Shown here: piece after piece, positions 49,782 to 57,139 of the stretch
How the letters are laid out: each line of letters starts with the position of its first letter
How positions within the stretch are numbered: the first letter of the stretch is position 1
Source: Tubiluchus corallicola
Taxonomy: Eukaryota > Animalia > Priapulida
Direction: 5' to 3'
DNA: 57,139 bases
NCBI GenBank assembly: GCA_030141605.1
Contig: JAQGDQ010001180.1
Coordinates: 1 to 57,139 of the forward strand
Position numbers and translations under genes: made by a program
The notes under the pieces: generated by a model
Told to the model about the DNA's origin: nothing
The model's input: the letters and a program-made list of their open reading frames with translations, nothing else
Databases searched by the model: none

Positions 49782-51842
49782 CTTTCCGTTATTATTCAAA
49801 ATGTTCAGAAATATTTCAAAATTTCATACAGAATCTGAAATTACGGTTTTTCAACAGCAATAGCAAACGTTCTCACGGCAATATCTGCTTTCATTGAAAG
49901 TTATGAACTCTGTTTTGTGGAGCCTACAGTTTTCAAAACAAATATAGTGCAGTGGACAGCCTAGTTTTTTTGGTAAAATTTTGCATTTATAGTTTGTCTA
50001 CAATTGTTTTGTCGTCAAGAACGAGTGTTGCTTGGATACCTTCACGAGCAGTTTGTTCATGAATGGAAATTTGTGCTCTGTACATTTAAATGGCTTCGCA
50101 ATGCATCATTTTAATTCCATAATAGTAATTCCAAGAAAGAAGGAAAATCTAAGATTAATTGTACTACCAAGTTTGTCAACTACATGTTTTGTTATCTATT
50201 ATATTAATATTCTTGGTATGGGCTTTATATATATAAGATTCGAGGCTACAGCTTCGACGACGGCACCATTTGCGGCGATCTATACATCAAACGAAAGGTC
50301 TCGATTTAGTGTCGTGCCATTGGGGGTTTATTTTTCGAATGGGGCCCACCGGGAGGAAGGGGGGGGGGCAAAAATGTATATTATTATTATACGTGGCATA
50401 TTAAATGGCAACTTTCCATCAAGCTCAAGTTGCACACGAGGAAGGCAGAGGCATTGCCGAATTAGTAACAAAAACTATCAAAAATAACGGTCAGCAAAAG
50501 TTTTAGTGGAAAAAGTATTCTCCAGATCTCCTCAGCATGGTGAGAAACTGCAATTCTCACGGTCTTTTTAGTTAAAAGGAGTTGGTTTAAAGAAACCAAA
50601 AAACTTGAAATTTAGTATTAAGATTTTATTCTAAAATGTCTACATAAACAGTGAAGTAGTGTCCTGTTGAAAATCAGAAAACCAAGTGACCAGAACTACA
50701 AGGTGTGAAAACAGGTTTAGAGATTATGCATTCATAATGCCTGTAGAAGCCAATGAAAATTTAAACAGGAAAGAGAAAGTTCAACAATTTTAACAAGAGC
50801 ACCTGAAGGTGGCAGCACTATCCAAAACTAATAAAGTATGATGACATTGAGATAAATATACAACATAAATTTAGATTTAGAATAATTAAAAATGATTTTC
50901 TTTTGTCCAGGAGTCATTTTTGATGACTTAAAACACGAGAAAACCCTAGCTCAAGAAATTAGTCTTGAAATTTTATACCACTTTCATACTGCCTTTTTGC
51001 ATACAGGGCTTTCGTCGGCAGTAACGCTGAATAAAACATGCAAATTTAAACTCCCGCGATGCTATTTTAACGATGAGTCATTTGAAACAAGTTTTACATA
51101 ACACTGAGTAAAGTTTAAAAAAATAATCAGAGCATTCGTAGCGCACACGTCACTAACTAAGTAAAATTCTAAATTACAGTATCTTGTCAATAAGATTAAA
51201 AAAACGTTTTTTGGTTAGTGAGTGGTGCACCCTGGAGGGTGAGTCAGCGACAGTTTACCAATTGGTGAAAACATTTTAAATAATTAATAATTTTCCTTTC
51301 CAGTTACACAAGTTTTTCAAGCAGGTAAGTGAAATGCTAACTAATATAACTTTGCATAGAAAGCTTTTTGGGACAAGTTTAACATTTCCTTTTCTTCCCC
51401 TGATTTACGTTGTGCGTATATGACGTCATGTAATGGCGCCGTCGGAACAGGGACACGGAAAATTTAAAATGGAAACAAACAAAAATATCCTTCGCACCCG
51501 AGTAATATATACGCATAAAATTAACAAAATTAAGAAAATTAATTAATATACGCAAGTAATAAAAAAAATTTATCTGAAACCTACTTCAGATACCCCTTTT
51601 CTTGTCCTTTAACCACAACGGAATAATTGCGCAAATGATTATAAGACATTGTCCCTGAGGGACCTGTGCGTTCTGCGCAGCAATCGCCTCCCTGAAATCC
51701 AAACTCCTCCAAATGAGTGACAATCTTCTACAATACAGTCTGAACTACATCAGTCTCGCCTTGGTGTCTTATGAATCATTTGTGATTGACCAACAATAAG
51801 AGGCTGAGGAGCTCATCCATTTTCACCAACGACAACTTTTAG

Positions 51843-52453
51843 CTAAAACTTGATTTATTTATACATTTAGTCTACATGTAGTTTAAGCTTTATTTATTTA
51901 TACATTTAGTTTAAACTTTATTTGTTTATATATTTAGTCTACATGTAATTTAAACTTCATTTATTTATACATTTAGTTTAAACTTTATTTGTTTATATAT
52001 TTAGTCTACATGTAATTTAAACTTTATTTATTTATACATTTAGTCTACATTTGGTTTAAACTTTATTTATTTATACATGTAGTTTTAAATTTATTTATTT
52101 ATACATTTAGTCTACATTTATTTTAAAATTTATTTGTTTATACATTTAGTTTAAACTTTATGTATTTATACATTTATTCTACATTTAGTTTAAACTTGAT
52201 TTATTTTGTTGTTTGTGTTGTGGTTTGGTGGTTTTTAGTTTAAACTTTATTTGTTTATACATTTGGTTTAAACTTTATTTGTTTATACATTTAGTTTACA
52301 TTTAGGTTAAACTTGATTTATTCATAGTGGATTTACAAAACAGGTTGGGTCTGATACAGGTATCTCCACGGTGCAAGTGCTGAGTGCAAAGTGTTAATAA
52401 AAGAATAATGGACGTCACAACTAATAATTATCACATTCCATTCGATAAAACAT
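51843..52453 (-). mobile_element. Modular repeat element, left (inverted) copy
   Basis: Subrepeats tttaaactttatttatttatacatttagtctaca plus a ~145-bp block that is the reverse complement of 53685-53840. Confidence 0.75.
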
Positions 52454-53684
52454 TTGATTCAATTACAATCAACAGATGGTGATTAAACTCACAAGCACGA
52501 ACACAATATTTTAATAACAACAGTAATAATATGAACACATTTACAAAGTAAATTGACTGATTAATCATTTAACATTAAATTCTCTTGTATTGTAAAGCGA
52601 AAAGCTGATTTAATAAACTGCTATAATAAACTATGGATAATAAAGCAAGATGGGTGATCAGTTTGGAATTTTTCGAATATATTTCTGTATAATACTACAG
52701 GATTATAATTTTGTAAGGATTCTCGAGTCACAATCATGTGGTCGAGTAAGTCGTCTAGTAAATTGATAAGTTGTGCGCGAACACTTCACACAGTGAATTT
52801 AGTACGGTAGTACGACTATGCCCTCTTGTGTTCACCGTTCACGTCGATTCTTTACCTTTCTCATTATCAAACAAAATATTTGGTGATCCGTGATTGGATC
52901 TGATAATAATGGGGCTCTCAATTTTCGTGGCGCTCTGAGTATGTTACTGTCGCGTCGTCCTGCTTTATTATTATTAATACAAAACAAATTTTAACTACTT
53001 CAAAATAAAACTGTAAATGGCTCTGTGGACTAGTTTTAAACTTTATTAATTTTCTTTACTTTCGCGGGTTTATTAAAGAAAAAAGACCGCGGCAAACCTT
53101 ATTGCACTTTTACAAATTTTTACCTGTTAGTAATGTGCATTACAAAAAACATCGTAGTAAAATAATTTATAAGTTTCATTACACGAAGTTTAGTAATCTA
53201 CTCTACGATTTATTCAACTAAAATGCTTTTATAAAAGAGGAGACCTAATCAACGTATTAAACTGTGTGCACTATAACTAAACTTTGAACGGTAGTTACAT
53301 TAGGTATTTCGAAGATCCAGACCCCTACTGTAGACCTACAGACCTCTCTAACAAACACTCTCTCTGAAGAGTATATACTCCATGCTGATATTGGTTTGTT
53401 AAAATAAGAAAATGCGTATAGCTTGCTGTAATAATCCTCATTAACATGAAGCAATTAACGCGTGTCATATTTATTATTTGTATATTGTGTCATATTCTCC
53501 TGTGCAATGGACGATTTGTCAAACGAAATCAGAAAAACATGCATAGTGACAAGGTAAGCAATTAAATATAATCGAGTATACATTGTGCTAGTCAAAAAAA
53601 TTTCATTGGTAAAAGCAAAAACAAACTTATTTATTGCAGGCCTTCTCCAGCAAAAAAAACATCTGCTCACTTTTTAAATAAATC

Positions 53685-55280
53685 TAATGTTTTATCAAAA
53701 TCGAGTGTAATAATTATTAGTTGTGACGTCCATTATTCTTTTATCAGCACTTTTCACTCAGCACTTGCACCGTAGAGATACCTGTATCAGATCCAGTCTG
53801 TTTTGTACATCGACTATAAATAAATCAAGTTTAAACTAAAGTAACTTGCACCGTAGAGATGCCTGTATCAGATCCAGTCTGTTTTGTACATCGACTATAA
53901 ATAAATCAAGTTTAAACTAAAGTAACCTGCACCGTGGAGATACCTGTATCAGATCCAGTCTGTTTTGTAAATCAACTATAAATCAATCAAGTTTAAACTA
54001 AAGTAACTTGCACCGTGGAGATACCTGTATCAGATCCAGTCTGTTTTGTAAATTCACTATAAATCAATCAAGTTTAAACTAAAGTAACTTGCACCGTGGA
54101 GATACCTGTATCAGATCCAGTCTGTTTTGTAATTCTACTATAAATCAATCAAGTTTAAACTAAAGTAACTTGCACCGTGGAGATACCTGTATCAGATCCA
54201 GTCTGTTTTGTAAATCAACTATAAATCAATCAAGTTTAAACTAAAGTAACTTGCACCGTGGAGATACCTGTATCAGATCCAGTCTGTTTTGTAAATCAAC
54301 TATAAATCAATCAAGTTTAAACTAAAGTAACTTGCACCGTGGAGATACCTGTATCAGATCCAGTCTGTTTTGTAAATCCACTATAAATCAATCAAGTTTA
54401 AACTAAAGTAACTTGCACCGTGGAGATACCTGTATCAGATCCAGTCTGTTTTGTAAATCAACTATAAATCAATCAAGTTTAAACTAAAGTAACTTGCACC
54501 GTGGAGATACCTGTACCAGATCCAGTCTGTTTTGTAAATCCACTATAAATCAATCAAGTTTAAACTAAAGTAACTTGCACCGTGGAGATACCTGTACCAG
54601 ATCCAGTCTGTTTTGTAAATCCACTATAAATCAATCAAGTTTAAACTAAAGTAACTTGCACCGTGGAGATACCTGTACCAGATCCAGTCTGTTTTGTAAA
54701 TCCACTATAAATCAATCAAGTTTAAACTATACTAAACTAAATGAATCTTAACTCGATAAATTATGTTTTTAAACTAAATGTAGACTAAATGTATAAATAA
54801 ATAAAGTTTAAACTAAATGTAGACTAAATGTACAAATAAATAAAGTTTAAACTAAATGTAGACTAAATCTACAAATAAATAAAGTTGAAACTAAATGTAG
54901 ACTAAATGCATAAATAAATCAAGTTGAAACTAAATGTAGACTAAATGTATAAATCGAGTGTGATAATTATTAATTGTGATGCCCATTATTCTTTTATTAA
55001 CACTTTGCACTCAGGACTTGCACCGTGGAGATACCTGAATCAGATCCAGTCTGTTTTGTAAATCCACTATAAATAAATCAAGTTGAAACTAAATGTAGAC
55101 TAAATGTATAATTCGAGTGTGATAATTATTAATTGTGATGCCCATTATTCTTTTATTAACACTTTGCACTCAGGACTTGCACCGTGGAGATACCTGAATC
55201 AGATCCAGTCTGTTTTGTAAACCCACTATAAATAAATCAAGTTTAAACTATACTAAACTAAATGAATCTTAACTCGATAA
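53685..55280 (+). mobile_element. Modular repeat element, right copy, with an internal 81-bp tandem array (about 12 copies, 53763-54728)
   Basis: Unit aacttgcaccgtggagatacctgtatcagatccagtctgttttgtaaatcaactataaatcaatcaagtttaaactaaagt; further duplicated modules extend to 55280. Confidence 0.8.
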
Positions 55281-55802
55281 ATTGAGCCAACACAATGCTA
55301 CTGCTCACTTATCAACATGAGTCTAAAGTCGATTCACAATTTGTTACAGAGGCGGCTGATACGTCACGTAGCAGAACACTCACAAACTCAAAGACTAAAT
55401 ACTCACAAAGGTAAACACAGTGAGTGCATCTTACTATAGTTACTCAGGTTTCATTCAAACCGCTCAAAACTATAAAAAATATTTTCTATATTGAAATTTT
55501 TATAGAATCCCAATTAAACTTCCAATCTTTGCGTAATATTGCCGCTGTGGTATTAGTGGCATTTATTTTTAAAAACAAAAAAGCGTAGGTCAATAGTATG
55601 CCTGTTACTACAGAGGAAGAAAAACAGCTGAACTTTTTGTAATTTGGATGTCAAATGTCCACTACATTGACTTACCTCTGCATAATGGTCTCCTTGCTTT
55701 GTTTGATAAACTGAAATATATTTTGCCTACTAAATGAAGAGTTATTCGCTCAGTCTTGAAATAGAACAAACTCTCTTCACATTTTAGGAAGCAAGTATGA
55801 TC

Positions 55803-56266
55803 TATAGGTTTTACACGTCAAATGTAGACACAGGAAAGTTCAAATGTGACTTAGGTAAGTCAAATGTAGGCATAGGAATTTCGAATGTGTTTTGGTAACT
55901 CGAATGTGACTTAGGTAAGTCAAATGTAGATGCATTACTTTGAATAAATCCGTAATTAACTTATTTAAGTGCAAATTACAAAAAGATAAACCAAAGATAG
56001 TCATCACCCCTTTCAGAACTTTGAAAAATGCGTTGTTTATCCTCAAACTAAATTCTTTGATAAACCATAACGTCGGTAGAAAAGAATAAATTGGTTCCCA
56101 CTTCCCAATGAACACTGAATCACTAATTACGCTTAAGATTTCTTTAAAACCATTGTTAACACATTTAAACTACCTAAGTCTACATTTGAGTTACCAAGAC
56201 ACATTTGAATTGCCTAAATCTACATTTGAGTTAACACAGGACTACATTTGACAGGTAAAACCTATA
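55803..56266. mobile_element. MITE with TIR ATAGGTTTTACACGTCAAATGTAGAC, copy 2
   Basis: Same ends and subrepeats as 31907-32218, with a different internal segment. Confidence 0.8.
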
Positions 56267-56794
56267 TTTAAACAAAAAACAAACATAAAAGTATTTAGAC
56301 AAACTGTTTCGATGAGCGTAGAATAATGTAGAATTGGATTTGCAGCCGCACGTGTGTTCTTTCTCCTGCTGTTCGTGTTTTTATCCCTTTTTTCTTCTTT
56401 ATAAATTGTACATACGCCAGGCACCAGTCGACTTTCATCCAGCAGTCGCAGATTTGACGACGTTGACAGTCAAATCTACATTAGTGCTGACGACACCAGA
56501 ACTCCGACACGTCGCTCACACAGCAGACAAAAAATAAGGTACGTAATAAAATAATACCTTCTGTGTTGTCACCATTTTTCTCTTCTACTACCGTCTACTC
56601 TTACCCAGTATTCTCTTCTCCATTATTTTTCTGTCGTTTTTCTTTCACATCCTTGTCTTCATAATTATTGGTCATCATCAAACCCTTCATCGTTGCAGGA
56701 GTTACCATTGACACAATTTATTCGATATTTTTGTTCTTGTGATTGTCTCAGGAAATTACCGCGATTGTCATTCTGATAAATATGATGTCTTAAT

Positions 56795-57040
56795 ATCATC
56801 ATCATCAAAGCGCATCGTCATCATCACCATCATCATTGTCATCAACAGGGCCATTATCATCATCGTCATCATAATCATCAACAACAACAACAACAACATC
56901 GTCATGATCATCATCGTCGTCGTCGTCGTTGTCGTCGTCGTCGTCGTCGCCATCATCATCATCATTGTGATAATCTTCGTCATCATCATCGTCGTCGTCG
57001 TTGTCGTCGTCGTTGCGTCGTCACCATCATCATCATTGTG
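56795..57040. repeat. (ATC/GTC)n compound trinucleotide repeat
   Basis: Seen directly. Confidence 0.9.
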
Positions 57041-57139
57041 ATCCTCATAAGCTCGCGTTGTCTTACAGACATTATGTATATGAATAACATCTGTACAATA
57101 ATATTATAACAATAATATGTAGATGAAATACATTTATAA

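Noticed and set aside
53763-54728. CRISPR-like array
   Set aside because: Head-to-tail 81-bp units with no variable spacers.

Overview
AT-rich, repeat-dense eukaryotic genomic DNA from an invertebrate animal, probably a protostome, with one N-gap at 23713-23935. I reconstructed three protein-coding genes by hand from GT-AG boundaries and intron phases. (1) The last 7 coding exons of a GPR158/GPR179/CG31760-type class C GPCR (+, 119-9930; the 5' part lies outside the window). (2) A complete 9-coding-exon gene (+, 28657-47231, about 964 aa) for a signal peptide, a ~500-aa Gly/Tyr/His-rich region, a cuticlin-type ZP domain, an RKRR furin site and a TM anchor. (3) A convergent gene with an uninterrupted BTB-BACK CDS (-, 48510-49781) whose C-terminus looks like a divergent MATH domain. 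The rest is mobile and tandem DNA. It includes three copies, each with a TSD, of a SINE with a 5S rRNA head and what appear to be RTE-LINE 5'UTR and 3'-tail segments, several MITE families (piggyBac-type, hAT-type, Kolobok-like, unclassified), LINE 3' remnants, 31/62/66/74/81-bp tandem arrays and many microsatellites. Most ORFs in the supplied track are microsatellite artefacts. Best candidates for novelty are the 5S/RTE chimeric SINE family, the Gly/His/Tyr-ZP matrix protein and the BTB-BACK-MATH protein. Family assignments come from remembered motifs; no searches were run.
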